Assembly (NCBI RefSeq): GCF_000016745.1
Contig: NC_009483.1
Coordinates: 1,980,001-2,012,000 of the forward strand
Length of the DNA stretch: 32,000 bases
Direction: 5' to 3'
From: Geotalea uraniireducens Rf4
GTDB taxonomy: Bacteria > Desulfobacterota > Desulfuromonadia > Geobacterales > Geobacteraceae
The translations under genes were made by a program, and so were the position numbers. Below the pieces are notes generated by a model that saw only the letters and a program-made list of their open reading frames with translations, ran no database searches and was not told the origin of the DNA. Of this stretch, positions 1 to 9,113 are shown piece by piece (the stretch's first letter is position 1; each line of letters starts with the position of its first letter).

Positions 1-644
1 TATCGGTGGCGCGTCTGGTCGGTGACCGGCAGGTGCCGATCCTTGGGGTAAATCTTGGCAGTCTCGGATTCCTGACCGAGATAACGCTTGGGGAGATGTA
101 CCCCGCGCTGGAGTGCTGCCTGCTGGGCGATTATGAGGTTTCCGAACGAATGATGCTGCGCGCTTCGATACTCCGCGACGATAAGGAGATCGAGGTGCAC
201 CAGGTATTGAACGACGTGGTGATAAACAAGGGGGCGATGGCGAGAATCGTCGATATGGAGACGGTGGTAGATGACCGCTATCTGACCACCTTCAAGGCCG
301 ACGGCCTGATAATTTCAACCCCTACCGGATCGACCGGCTACTCGCTTTCCGCAAACGGCCCCATTATCCACCCGGAACTGGATTGCCTGGTAATAACCCC
401 AATCTGTCCGCACACCCTCACCAACCGGCCGATCGTCGTTGCCAGCGATGCCCGGATCAGCATAACCATGCAGTCCCAGAACGAGGACATCTTTCTCACT
501 CTGGACGGACAGGTCGGCGTTAAATTGAAATACGGCGATACGATCCGCATCCGGCGGGCGGAGCACCGGACAAAGCTGGTCCGTTCCCGGAGCAAGGATT
601 ATTTCGAGGTGCTGCGGACCAAACTCAAGTGGGGAGAGCGGTAA
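1..644 (+). CDS. nadK: NAD(+) kinase, C-terminal part (5' end lies outside the window)
   Basis: ORF 6..644 is open to the window edge. GVNLGSLGFLTE and ADGLIISTPTGSTGYSLSANGPI are hallmark NAD kinase (PpnK) motifs. Confidence 0.9.
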   Translation, partial: SVARLVGDRQVPILGVNLGSLGFLTEITLGEMYPALECCLLGDYEVSERMMLRASILRDDKEIEVHQVLNDVVINKGAMARIVDMETVVDDRYLTTFKADGLIISTPTGSTGYSLSANGPIIHPELDCLVITPICPHTLTNRPIVVASDARISITMQSQNEDIFLTLDGQVGVKLKYGDTIRIRRAEHRTKLVRSRSKDYFEVLRTKLKWGER

Positions 645-650
645 AACCCA

Positions 651-722
651 GTTCTACGTTCTACGTTCTACGTTCTATGTTGAAACGTAGAACGTAGAAC
701 GTAGAACGTAGAACGTAGAACG
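651..722. repeat. Inverted arrays of tandem heptamers forming a ~28-30 bp hairpin/cruciform
   Basis: Read directly. (GTTCTAC)x3 plus GTTCTAT at 651-678, centre GTTGAAAC at 679-686, (GTAGAAC)x5 at 687-721. GTAGAAC is the reverse complement of GTTCTAC. The structure fills the spacer between the nadK stop (644) and the recN start (731). Confidence 0.95.
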
Positions 723-730
723 GATTTCAA

Positions 731-2392
731 ATGCTGACCGACCTTTCCATAAAAAATATCGCCATCATCGATACCCTTCATGTCTCCTTCCAGCCGGGGC
801 TCAACATCCTCACCGGCGAAACGGGGGCGGGAAAATCGATTATTATCGACGCGGTCAACCTGATTCTCGGCGGGCGGGCTTCCGCTGACCTGATCCGCAC
901 CGGCGCCGACGAAGGGGTGGTGGAGGCGATCTTCGATCTTTCCGCCCAGCCCGCGATCCTGACCGTGCTTGACGAGATGGGTGTCGAATGCGACGGCGAG
1001 CTCCTGGTAAAGCGGGTTGTCTCCCGCTCCGGCAAAAACCGCGTCTTCATCGGCGGAGGAATCTCCACCATCGCCATCCTGGCTGATCTCTCCCGGCGAT
1101 TGATCAATATCTACGGTCAGCATGAGGCCCAGACCCTGCTTCGAACCGAAAACCACCTGTTGCTTCTCGATGGCTACGGCGGCCTGTTGCAACTGCGCGA
1201 CGAGTATTCGGCCATCTTTGACGAATACCGGCGGGTCGCCGCTGAAATCAGGGGGCTGGAGGAAGGTGAGCGCGAAGCGGACCGCCGCCTGGATCTCCTC
1301 TCGTTTCAGTCCCATGAGATCGGCGCTGCGGCATTGGCAGCCGGCGAAGAGGAGGCGCTTCTGCAGGAGCGGCAACTTCTGAGCCATGCGGAAAAGCTCC
1401 TGCAGCACAGTCAGGAGGCTTTCACCGAACTTTACGGCGCGGACCATGCCGTCCTCGACCGGCTGGCCGAGGTGAAAAGACGGGTTGCTGAAGTGACCGC
1501 CGTTGACCCGTCAACAGGGAACCTTCTTGCTTCCATCGAAGCCGCCTCCATCCAACTGGAGGATGCAGCCCTTTCGCTCAGGGATTATGCGGCCAGGATA
1601 GAGGCCGATCCCCGACGCCTGCAGGTGGTGGAGGATCGACTGGAAATCATTCAGCGGCTGAAGAAAAAATATGCGCCGGCCGTTGAGGAGATCATCGCCT
1701 ACAAGGATGAGATCGACCGGGAAATAGAAGCGTTTCGCCGCCGAGAGGAGAGCCGGGACGGACTGGAAAAGCGACTCGCGGAACTGGAAGAGGCGCTGCG
1801 GGCCAAAGGGGAAGAGCTTTCCGGCAAAAGAAGCGAAGCGGCGCAGTTGCTCAAGGCGGCCATGGAGAAGGAGCTGTCCGAGCTGGCCATGAGGCATGCC
1901 TTGTTCGAGGTGACCTTTGAACGGCTTGTTGAGCCGAAAGCCTCCGGCCTGGAGCGCGTCGAGTTCCTCTTTTCTCCCAATCCGGGGGAGACGCCCAAGT
2001 CCCTGGCAAAGATCGCATCGGGCGGCGAGCTGTCCCGGCTGATGCTGGCATTGAAGCAGATCCACCCGGAAAGCGACGTGCCGACCCTGATATTCGATGA
2101 GGTGGACAGCGGTATTGGCGGGGCAACGTCGGCGCTGGTGGGAGAAAAACTGAAACGGGTCGCCCTCTGCCAGCAGGTCCTCTGCATCACCCATCTCCCC
2201 CAGGTGGCGGCCTATGCCGACCGGCACTTCAAGGTGGAGAAACAGGTCGAAGCCGGCCGTACCGTCACCTCTGCCATCCCGTTGGATGCTGATAAACGGG
2301 TGGCGGAGATGGCCAGGATGCTTGGTGGGGTGAAGATAACGGATACGACCCTGGAGCATGCCCGGGAGATGATTGAAGAAGCGCAAAGGTAG
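731..2392 (+). CDS. recN: DNA repair protein RecN (SMC-like ATPase)
   Basis: 553 aa. N-terminal Walker A LNILTGETGAGKSIIIDA, a long coiled-coil middle, a C-terminal signature ASGGELSRLMLALK and Walker B LIFDEVDSGIGG. Confidence 0.95.
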   Translation: MLTDLSIKNIAIIDTLHVSFQPGLNILTGETGAGKSIIIDAVNLILGGRASADLIRTGADEGVVEAIFDLSAQPAILTVLDEMGVECDGELLVKRVVSRSGKNRVFIGGGISTIAILADLSRRLINIYGQHEAQTLLRTENHLLLLDGYGGLLQLRDEYSAIFDEYRRVAAEIRGLEEGEREADRRLDLLSFQSHEIGAAALAAGEEEALLQERQLLSHAEKLLQHSQEAFTELYGADHAVLDRLAEVKRRVAEVTAVDPSTGNLLASIEAASIQLEDAALSLRDYAARIEADPRRLQVVEDRLEIIQRLKKKYAPAVEEIIAYKDEIDREIEAFRRREESRDGLEKRLAELEEALRAKGEELSGKRSEAAQLLKAAMEKELSELAMRHALFEVTFERLVEPKASGLERVEFLFSPNPGETPKSLAKIASGGELSRLMLALKQIHPESDVPTLIFDEVDSGIGGATSALVGEKLKRVALCQQVLCITHLPQVAAYADRHFKVEKQVEAGRTVTSAIPLDADKRVAEMARMLGGVKITDTTLEHAREMIEEAQR

Positions 2393-2438
2393 AGGACGTG
2401 TTTCAAACCCGTCCTATGGTAATCTGAAAGGAACAAAT

Positions 2439-2891
2439 ATGCTGCGCAAAGCCCAGATAAGTGATGTTAAGGATATTCAGAAGCTTTTGACATTTTTTGC
2501 CTCACGCGGCGACATGCTGTCCCGTTCCCTCTCCGAACTGTACGAGGCGATCCGCGACTTCTATATCGTTGAGGAGGAGGGGCGGCTGGTCGGCACGGCT
2601 GCGCTCCATATCGTCTGGGAAGACCTGGCCGAGGTCCGTTCCGTTGCCGTGGCCGAGGATGCGGGGAAAAAAGGGATCGGCACCCAGGTGGTGCAGGCCT
2701 GCATCGACGAGGCAAAGGAGCTGGGCCTGAAGCGGGTCTTCTGTCTCACCTACAAGCCGAACTTTTTCGCCAGGTTCGGCTTCCGTATCGTCGACAAGTC
2801 TGAACTTCCTCACAAGGTGTGGGGGGACTGCATGAAGTGCGTGAAGTTTCCGGACTGTGACGAGATAGCAATGATACTGGATCTGGATTGA
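2439..2891 (+). CDS. GNAT-family N-acetyltransferase (short N-acetylglutamate-synthase-like)
   Basis: ORF 2373..2891. I prefer the ATG at 2439 (MLRKAQISD...), which follows GAAAGGAAC, because the upstream extension overlaps the recN stop. The acetyl-CoA motif is VAVAEDAGKKGIGTQVV. Confidence 0.8.
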   Translation: MLRKAQISDVKDIQKLLTFFASRGDMLSRSLSELYEAIRDFYIVEEEGRLVGTAALHIVWEDLAEVRSVAVAEDAGKKGIGTQVVQACIDEAKELGLKRVFCLTYKPNFFARFGFRIVDKSELPHKVWGDCMKCVKFPDCDEIAMILDLD

Positions 2892-2961
2892 TTGTCTGTT
2901 CGGAAGGGGGCAATACCGCCCTTTGCAGGCAGGTCTGAAACCTGCCCCTACGAGGTTACTT

Positions 2962-4299
2962 ATGGATTTTCAACAAATCGCAGGAAACATCGAACGACTC
3001 CTTAAATCCCGTGTTCCGGACGGTTACGAGATCATGCTCGGCGCTTCCCGGAACCTTTCCATCGAGGTCAAGGATCAGCAGGTGGACACCTTCAAGTGTT
3101 CCGAGCCGGTGGGGGTGAGTGTCCGGGTGCTGAAGGCGCACGGCATGGGCTTTTCCTTTTCCACCAGCATGGATGATGCCGACCTTGTCAGAATGATCGA
3201 CAATGCGGTTATCGGCGCCGAGACCCAGACCCCCGATGAATTCAACGGTTTTCCACCCCCCCAGTCGTACCTGGATGTGTCCGGGATGTTCGATGCAGGA
3301 CTGGCGGCAGTCGGCGAAGAGGAAAAGATCGGCCGCGCCCTTGAGCTGGAGCGTCTGACACTGGCGGAGGACAGCCGCGTAAAACGTGTGCGTAAGAGCA
3401 CCTATGGCGAGTCGAGCTATGAGGTCTTCATTCGCAATTCACTGGGAGTCGAGGGGAGTTACCGCGGCACGTCGGTTTCCAGCAGCATTTCTGCCGTGGC
3501 AGAGGAAAACGGCGATTCCCAGATGGGGTGGGATTTCGGTTTCAGCAACCGTTTCAGCGGCGTTGACGTTGCGCTGATCGCAAGAACCGCGGCAGTCAAG
3601 GCAACGGGCCTGCTCGGGGCGCGAAACATTCCTACCCTCAGGTGTCCGGCGCTGCTTGACAACTATGTGGCCACGGAAATTCTCGAAGTGCTGGCCTCCT
3701 CCTTTCTTGCCGAAAACGTCCAGAAAGGGAAGTCGCTCTTGGCGGGGAAAACGGGGGAGCGTCTCTTTGCCGGCTGCCTGCGGATTGTCGATGACGGGCT
3801 CCTCCCCGGCGGCATGGCGACCACCCCCTTTGACGGCGAGGGGGTGCCGATGCAACGCACCCTCCTTGTAGAAGGGGGCGTTTTGCAGGGGTTGCTATAC
3901 AACAGTTACTGCGCCCGCAAGGATGGGGTTGCCTCGACCGGCAATGCGACGCGGAGCGGGGTCAAGAGTCCGCCGCACATGGGGGTGAGCAACTTCTTCA
4001 TCGAGAACGGCCTCACCCCTTTTGCCGAACTGTTGAAAGGAATCGACCAGGGGGTGCTCGTGACCTCCGTGATGGGGATGCATACCGCCAATCCCATATC
4101 CGGCGATTTTTCCGTAGGGGCGGCGGGGTTTTTCATCGAGAACGGAGTCGTGGCATATCCCATAAAAGGCATTGCCATTGCCGGTAATATCCTCGACCTG
4201 TTCCGCGACGTGGACGGGATAGCGGACGATCTGCGCTTTTTCGGTGCGGTCGGTTCTCCCGCTTTAAGGATTGCGGCGCTGGATGTGAGCGGAGAATAA
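2962..4299 (+). CDS. pmbA: TldD/PmbA-family protein, PmbA (TldE)-like; no HExxxH motif seen
   Basis: ORF 2923..4299. The ATG at 2962 (MDFQQIAGN...) follows GAGG at 2953-2956. Family-typical C-terminus ...GMHTANPISGDFSVGAAGFFIENG... Confidence 0.8.
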   Translation: MDFQQIAGNIERLLKSRVPDGYEIMLGASRNLSIEVKDQQVDTFKCSEPVGVSVRVLKAHGMGFSFSTSMDDADLVRMIDNAVIGAETQTPDEFNGFPPPQSYLDVSGMFDAGLAAVGEEEKIGRALELERLTLAEDSRVKRVRKSTYGESSYEVFIRNSLGVEGSYRGTSVSSSISAVAEENGDSQMGWDFGFSNRFSGVDVALIARTAAVKATGLLGARNIPTLRCPALLDNYVATEILEVLASSFLAENVQKGKSLLAGKTGERLFAGCLRIVDDGLLPGGMATTPFDGEGVPMQRTLLVEGGVLQGLLYNSYCARKDGVASTGNATRSGVKSPPHMGVSNFFIENGLTPFAELLKGIDQGVLVTSVMGMHTANPISGDFSVGAAGFFIENGVVAYPIKGIAIAGNILDLFRDVDGIADDLRFFGAVGSPALRIAALDVSGE

Positions 4300-4326
4300 A
4301 AAAATCCCCTTCGGGAAGGGGATTTG
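4296..4326. terminator. Bidirectional intrinsic terminator shared by convergent pmbA and arsR
   Basis: AAAAAA-ATCCCCTT-CGGG-AAGGGGAT-TTT. The 8-bp GC-rich stem (4304-4311 / 4316-4323) has an A-run upstream and T's downstream. Confidence 0.75.
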
Positions 4327-4349
4327 ATGGCGGGATATAATGGTATATT

Positions 4350-4625
4350 TCAGCAGAGTATTTCGATGAGTTTTTTCGCAAGGGGATGGACCACCGTGTA
4401 ATGAACTTCGACGCCATCCCGCTTTCCTTCGATGATCCCTTTATTCTTCAGCAGCGCCAGGTGCTGGGAAACAGTTGCTTGCGGCAATCCCAGGCATTCC
4501 CAGATATGCTTGACATTGCATTCCTTTGTGCAGAGGCCCGCTACTATCTTCAGTCTGACCGGGTGGCCGAGTACCTTTAATATCTCGGCTTCCTGATCAA
4601 AATTCTTGGTTTTGTCGAATTCCAC
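4350..4625 (-). CDS. ArsR/SmtB-family winged-helix transcriptional regulator
   Basis: 91 aa with a GTG start 5 nt after GGAGG. ILKVLGHPVRLKIVAGL...LGLPQATVSQHLALLKNKGII is the ArsR HTH signature. Confidence 0.85.
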   Translation of the reverse strand: MEFDKTKNFDQEAEILKVLGHPVRLKIVAGLCTKECNVKHIWECLGLPQATVSQHLALLKNKGIIEGKRDGVEVHYTVVHPLAKKLIEILC

Positions 4626-4664
4626 GATCCCTCCTGTACACTTGTACTAATAAATTATTGATAA

Positions 4665-4693
4665 TCTATATGGTCGAATTGCGCTTTTGTCAA
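4665..4693 (-). promoter_or_regulatory. Sigma70-like promoter for arsR, with palindromes between the -10 and the RBS
   Basis: The minus strand reads TTGACA (4693-4688), a 17-nt spacer, then TATAGA (4670-4665). Downstream lie the palindromes GTACA-CT-TGTAC (~4636-4647) and TTAT-TG-ATAA, which are plausible autoregulatory operators. Confidence 0.5.
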
Positions 4694-4707
4694 CAAAAAG
4701 CTGCATT

Positions 4708-5685
4708 TCAGCGGAACAGTTTTTTGCTGAAGTGGCAGGCACATAGGTGTGCCGGCTCATGTTCCTCCAGCGGGGGGGGCTCGCTGTGACAGATCTGTTC
4801 TGCATAGGGGCAGCGGGTATGAAAGGGACAGCCGGCCGGAGGGTTGATCGGCGAGGGCAAATCCCCCTGCAGAATGATCCGTTGTTTCAATACATCGGGG
4901 GCAACGCGGGGGATAGCTGACAGCAGCGCTTCCGTGTAGGGGTGAAGGTATCGGTCCAGCACGTCTTCCCGTGACCCGGTCTCGACGATTTTTCCCAGGT
5001 ACATGATGGCGATCCGGTCACTCAGGTGACGGATTACCGACAGGTCATGGGTAATGAAAAGGAATGAAAGGCCGTATTCCTTTTTCAGCTCCATGAGCAG
5101 GTTGATTATCTGGGCTTGAATGGAGAGATCAAGGGCGGAAACAGGTTCGTCGGCAATGAGCAGTTGCGGCGACACGGCAAGTGCCCTCGCGATGCCGATC
5201 CTCTGCCGCTGTCCGCCGGAAAACTCATGGGGATAGCGGTAAAATTGTTCTTCCGACAGGCCGATCTTGGCCATGAGGTCGATGACTTTTTCCCGTCTCT
5301 GCGCTCCGCCAGCAAGGCCGTGTATGGCAAATGGTTCGCCGATGATTTCGCCGACCCGCATGCGTGGATTGAGGGACGAGAACGGGTCCTGAAAAATCAT
5401 CTGTACGTCTTTTCTGAATGCGTTGCGCTCTTCCTTGCCCATCTCGCCTAGCGCTCTGCCGTGGTAACTGATAGTGCCGGCGGAGGGGGGCGTAAGCCCC
5501 ATGAGGAGCTTGCCCACGGTTGACTTGCCGCAACCCGATTCGCCAGCCAGTCCCAGTGTCTCCCCACGTTTGATGTGCAGATCCAGGCCATCAACGGCTT
5601 TTAATAGCAGATTCCTGGCGAATGGGCCGGATTTGACCGGGAAATATTTACGCAGTGCGCTGGTTTCAATAAGGGCATCGTTCAT
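4708..5685 (-). CDS. Oligopeptide/dipeptide-type ABC transporter ATP-binding protein (OppF/DppF-like)
   Basis: ORF 4708..5754. I prefer the ATG at 5685 ([11 protein letters not shown]...), which overlaps the upstream gene's TGA as ATGA. Walker [10 protein letters not shown], signature FSGGQRQR, Walker B LLIADEP. The tail is Cys-rich (CPFHTRCPYAEQIC...CACH). Confidence 0.85.
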   Translation of the reverse strand: MNDALIETSALRKYFPVKSGPFARNLLLKAVDGLDLHIKRGETLGLAGESGCGKSTVGKLLMGLTPPSAGTISYHGRALGEMGKEERNAFRKDVQMIFQDPFSSLNPRMRVGEIIGEPFAIHGLAGGAQRREKVIDLMAKIGLSEEQFYRYPHEFSGGQRQRIGIARALAVSPQLLIADEPVSALDLSIQAQIINLLMELKKEYGLSFLFITHDLSVIRHLSDRIAIMYLGKIVETGSREDVLDRYLHPYTEALLSAIPRVAPDVLKQRIILQGDLPSPINPPAGCPFHTRCPYAEQICHSEPPPLEEHEPAHLCACHFSKKLFR

Positions 5686-6644
5686 CGGAATTTCCAGCAG
5701 CGGACCAGGTGCCCGCTGCCGACCTCTTTCATTTCCGGCTGACTCTCCTTGCATTCCCAGCTTTTAACCGGACATCGATCGCAAAAACCGCAGCCGGGAA
5801 GCTGTTCAAGAAGGTTGGGGACAAAGCCGGGAATGGTTTTCAGCGGTTCACCAGGTCTCGAATTTTGGGGAAGAGAGTCGAGCAGTCCCTCGGTGTAAGG
5901 GTGGAGCGGATTGGCGAACAGTTCACGGGTCGGGGCGTATTCCACGATCTTGCCCGCATACATGATGGCTGTTTTGTGTGACCGCTCCGCCACGACGCCC
6001 AGATCGTGGGTTATCAGGATCAGTCCCATCCTGTTTTCGCTCTTGAGATGGTCGATGAGTTCCAGTATCTGTGCCTGGATGGTTACGTCGAGGGCAGTTG
6101 TCGGTTCATCGGCGATCAACAGCTGCGGCCGGCAGGCAAGGGACATGGCTATCATCACTCGCTGCCGCATGCCGCCGCTCATCTGGTGCGGGTAATCGTC
6201 AAATCTTCTCTCGGGAGAGGCAATGCCGACCTGTCTGAGAATTTCGATCCCCGCTTCCCGCGCTTCGCCGCGTGAAAGCTTACGGTGGAGGCGGAGACCT
6301 TCACAAACCTGGTTGCCGATGGAAAGCACGGGGTTAAGGGAGGTCATCGGCTCCTGAAAAATCATTGAAATTCGGTCGCCTCGCACCCGGCGCATCTCTT
6401 CTTCGCTGAGACGGAGCAGATCCACGCCGCCGAATATGATTTCTCCACCGGTAATTTCTCCGGGAGAGGCAATCAGGCGCATTATCGAGTAGGCGGTGAC
6501 ACTTTTCCCGCAGCCTGATTCGCCGACGATGGCAAGGGTTTCCCCTTCGTCCAGGGAAAAGTCGATGCCGTTAACGGCTTTCAGCGTTCCTTGCGGAAGC
6601 CGGAAATGGGTGGTGAGGTTTTTGACTTGAAGCAGAGTTGACAA
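5682..6644 (-). CDS. Oligopeptide/dipeptide-type ABC transporter ATP-binding protein (OppD/DppD-like)
   Basis: 320 aa with a TTG start. Walker [10 protein letters not shown], signature MSGGMRQR, Walker [13 protein letters not shown]. The C-terminal Cys motif is [14 protein letters not shown]. Confidence 0.85.
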   Translation of the reverse strand: MSTLLQVKNLTTHFRLPQGTLKAVNGIDFSLDEGETLAIVGESGCGKSVTAYSIMRLIASPGEITGGEIIFGGVDLLRLSEEEMRRVRGDRISMIFQEPMTSLNPVLSIGNQVCEGLRLHRKLSRGEAREAGIEILRQVGIASPERRFDDYPHQMSGGMRQRVMIAMSLACRPQLLIADEPTTALDVTIQAQILELIDHLKSENRMGLILITHDLGVVAERSHKTAIMYAGKIVEYAPTRELFANPLHPYTEGLLDSLPQNSRPGEPLKTIPGFVPNLLEQLPGCGFCDRCPVKSWECKESQPEMKEVGSGHLVRCWKFR

Positions 6645-6797
6645 TGCGCTAACCCCGGAAGTTGTCGGACATGGGCTGTCCGGTTAAAGGATTCATCCTT
6701 TTACCCTTGGCCTTTTGCCCTTAGCATGCTGTGGAAATCTTATACCACGATTTGGCGGGGGCGGCAAATCCTTTACTGTTTGAAATGGACAGGAGGG

Positions 6798-8876
6798 TCA
6801 GGCTCTGGCGTATGATGCTGCGACCCTGGGTGTCTTGGCTGGAGGCACGTGGGAGTTGTTGAGCAGCTCGATAAAATGAGGAACCAGTTCCGGGTCGAAT
6901 TGGCTTCCTGAGTTGTCACAGAGTTCTTTGATAGCCACTTCTACTGAAAGGGCCTTACGGTAGGGACGGTCGGATGTCATGGCATCAAATGCGTCGGCAA
7001 TGGCAAGGATGCGCGATTCCAATAAAAGCTCGGAGGCCGGGACGCTGTTGGGGTAACCTTGGCCGTCGTAACGCTCATGGTGCTGACCTATACAGAGTCT
7101 GACATCCTGAAGGAATTCGATCGGCTCCAGAATCTTCATGCCGATAGTCGGGTGCTGCTGGAGGTCGTTGATATCATCTGTTGTGAGCCTTCCCTCTTTA
7201 TGGAGCAGGGTCAGGTCTATGCCGATCTTGCCTATGTCGTGAAGTATGGCGGCCCGCTCGATGACTTTCAGTCTTTCCTGGGGAAGGTCCAGCTTCTTGG
7301 CCAGTTCCAGGCTGTAACGGGTAACTCGTTCCGAATGGCCGCGGGTATAACTATCACTTGCTTCTATGGCTGAAACAAGGGCCTGAATGGTGTTCAGGTA
7401 GGTTTTCTGCTGATCGTCGTAAAGTTTTGCGTTTTTGATGGCGATACTGGCCTGGGCGGCGATCGTGGTCAGCAGTTCAAGCTCTTCGTGGTTATAGGTG
7501 GTGTTGTCAAGCTTGTTCACCACGGTAATCGTGCCGATGATCTCATCTTTTGTTATCAGGGGGGCACAGATCAAGGTTTTCCGCTCGTAGCCGAGGGCGC
7601 TGAACGTGTCGAACTCGGGGGTCTGTTTTATGTCGACAATCAGCAACGGTTTGCAGTTCTCGATAACCCAGGTGGAGACGCTGGAAGGTTTCATGGGTAG
7701 TATCGTGCCTGAAGGTGAAATATTTTCATGGCCTATGAGGGTGGTTATGACGAGTTCCTGATGTTCCTGGTTATAGAGTATAATGTAGCCGATCTGGGCA
7801 TGGAGGGTTTCCATGGTTGTCTTGACGATCAGGTTGAAAAGATTGTCGATCTCCATTGTGGAATTTATTGCCAACCCCACTTTGTAGAGGGTTGAAAGTT
7901 TCGATACGGCTTTTTCCAGAGTGGTATTCTTGTCTTCCAGTTCACCGGCCAGGTCGGCGATCTTGTAGTTTGCCTCTTCTATCTCTTCGATCCGTTCTTC
8001 GAGAGTAACGTTCAAATTCTCGATTTCTTTGATCTGTTCTTCGAGTTTCTGATTCATCAGGTGTGTTTCTCGATGGTGCGACAGTTTTTCCTGTGCCCGA
8101 GCGAGTTCGCGTTCGTGATTTATGCTTGTGTCCATCATGTTCTTGAATTTTTCCACCATGCGGTTGAAGCTTTCGGCAAGGATGCTCATCTCGTTGCTGC
8201 TTGTTATCATGGTTCTTTTCTCGAAATTCCCCTTTTCCACCTCTTCCATGGTTGATATGAGCTTTCGTATCGGTTTGTCCACATAGAATATCAGGAAAAT
8301 GGAAACGATGAAGATAATCAGGGCTATGATAAGCGTCGTTGCTACGATGGTATTATGTCTTTCCTTGGCGATGAATCTGTCCATGTAGTTCATCGACAGT
8401 TCTATTTCAAGTATCCCCAGTACTTTTTTGGCCGGATTGTGACACTGGTGACAGACTGGTGAGTTCATTATGCGGCTGAAAGAATCGTATATTTTACCGT
8501 TGTTTTCCCGCTGGAATGTGGGCAGAACAGTTTTTTTGAGATCCAGTCGGTCATTTTCCGATATGAGTTGGCCGACTTCACTCCGGTCTGCAGAGTTGAG
8601 AATCTTGCCTGTCTCATCCAATATGCGCAAAGAGGAAATCAGCTCTTTTGATCTGATGCGGCTGAATATACTGCTGATTTCTTCCGAGTGACCGGAGCGC
8701 ATGGCGTCGTTGATGCTGCTCTTTACGGTTTCAGTCAGCACATTGGCATTATGGCTGGCCATCTCGTAGAGCATCTCCGTCTGATGCCGGTAATTGAGAA
8801 ATGCCGCAAGTGTAACGACAGCTACCAGGGTAATGGTAATGAGCCCTATGATTTTTATCTTCAGTGAATTAATCAT
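6798..8876 (-). CDS. Membrane-anchored sensor protein: TM, periplasmic domain with CXXCH, TM, HAMP, coiled coil, GAF, HD-GYP (c-di-GMP phosphodiesterase class)
   Basis: 692 aa. TM1 IIGLITITLVAVVTLAAFL and TM2 IVATTLIIALIIFIVSIFLIFYV. CHQCH is encoded at 8439-8453. The HD-GYP signature is AAILHDIGKIG ... HHERYDGQGYP. Confidence 0.85.
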   Translation of the reverse strand: MINSLKIKIIGLITITLVAVVTLAAFLNYRHQTEMLYEMASHNANVLTETVKSSINDAMRSGHSEEISSIFSRIRSKELISSLRILDETGKILNSADRSEVGQLISENDRLDLKKTVLPTFQRENNGKIYDSFSRIMNSPVCHQCHNPAKKVLGILEIELSMNYMDRFIAKERHNTIVATTLIIALIIFIVSIFLIFYVDKPIRKLISTMEEVEKGNFEKRTMITSSNEMSILAESFNRMVEKFKNMMDTSINHERELARAQEKLSHHRETHLMNQKLEEQIKEIENLNVTLEERIEEIEEANYKIADLAGELEDKNTTLEKAVSKLSTLYKVGLAINSTMEIDNLFNLIVKTTMETLHAQIGYIILYNQEHQELVITTLIGHENISPSGTILPMKPSSVSTWVIENCKPLLIVDIKQTPEFDTFSALGYERKTLICAPLITKDEIIGTITVVNKLDNTTYNHEELELLTTIAAQASIAIKNAKLYDDQQKTYLNTIQALVSAIEASDSYTRGHSERVTRYSLELAKKLDLPQERLKVIERAAILHDIGKIGIDLTLLHKEGRLTTDDINDLQQHPTIGMKILEPIEFLQDVRLCIGQHHERYDGQGYPNSVPASELLLESRILAIADAFDAMTSDRPYRKALSVEVAIKELCDNSGSQFDPELVPHFIELLNNSHVPPAKTPRVAASYARA

Positions 8877-9113
8877 TCAGTACCAGTCATGTAAATTAGA
8901 AGTCAAAAAATACTACTCAATATGGCCCACATTTTCAAGTTATTTAGCGGTTAATCTTGCCTAATACGGCATCGCTATTTAAGTGTAATTATTGATGTTT
9001 TTTAATTTAGATGTGGTTTTTCATCTGCTATTCCCCGTTCAGAGTCGATACTTTCCAGTGTATTCAGGGCGTCTAAACCGGCTTTACCAGGCTTGGTTCA
9101 GAACCTGAAAAGC

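Noticed and set aside
651-722. The heptamer array read as a CRISPR array, or as a LexA/SOS box for recN
   Set aside because: It has 7-nt units with no spacers, so it is not CRISPR. It matches neither the Geobacter LexA motif as I recall it (GGTT-N2-C-N4-G-N3-ACC) nor the alphaproteobacterial GTTC-N7-GTTC spacing, because here GTTC recurs every 7 nt. It is kept as an unexplained structure rather than a named operator.
668-2386. Minus-strand ORFs 668..1447 (259 aa) and 1511..2386 (291 aa)
   Set aside because: Both are antisense shadows of recN. The first even begins inside the heptamer hairpin. Neither has a motif or an RBS, and their compositions (rich in R, P and G) are typical of out-of-frame GC-rich sequence.
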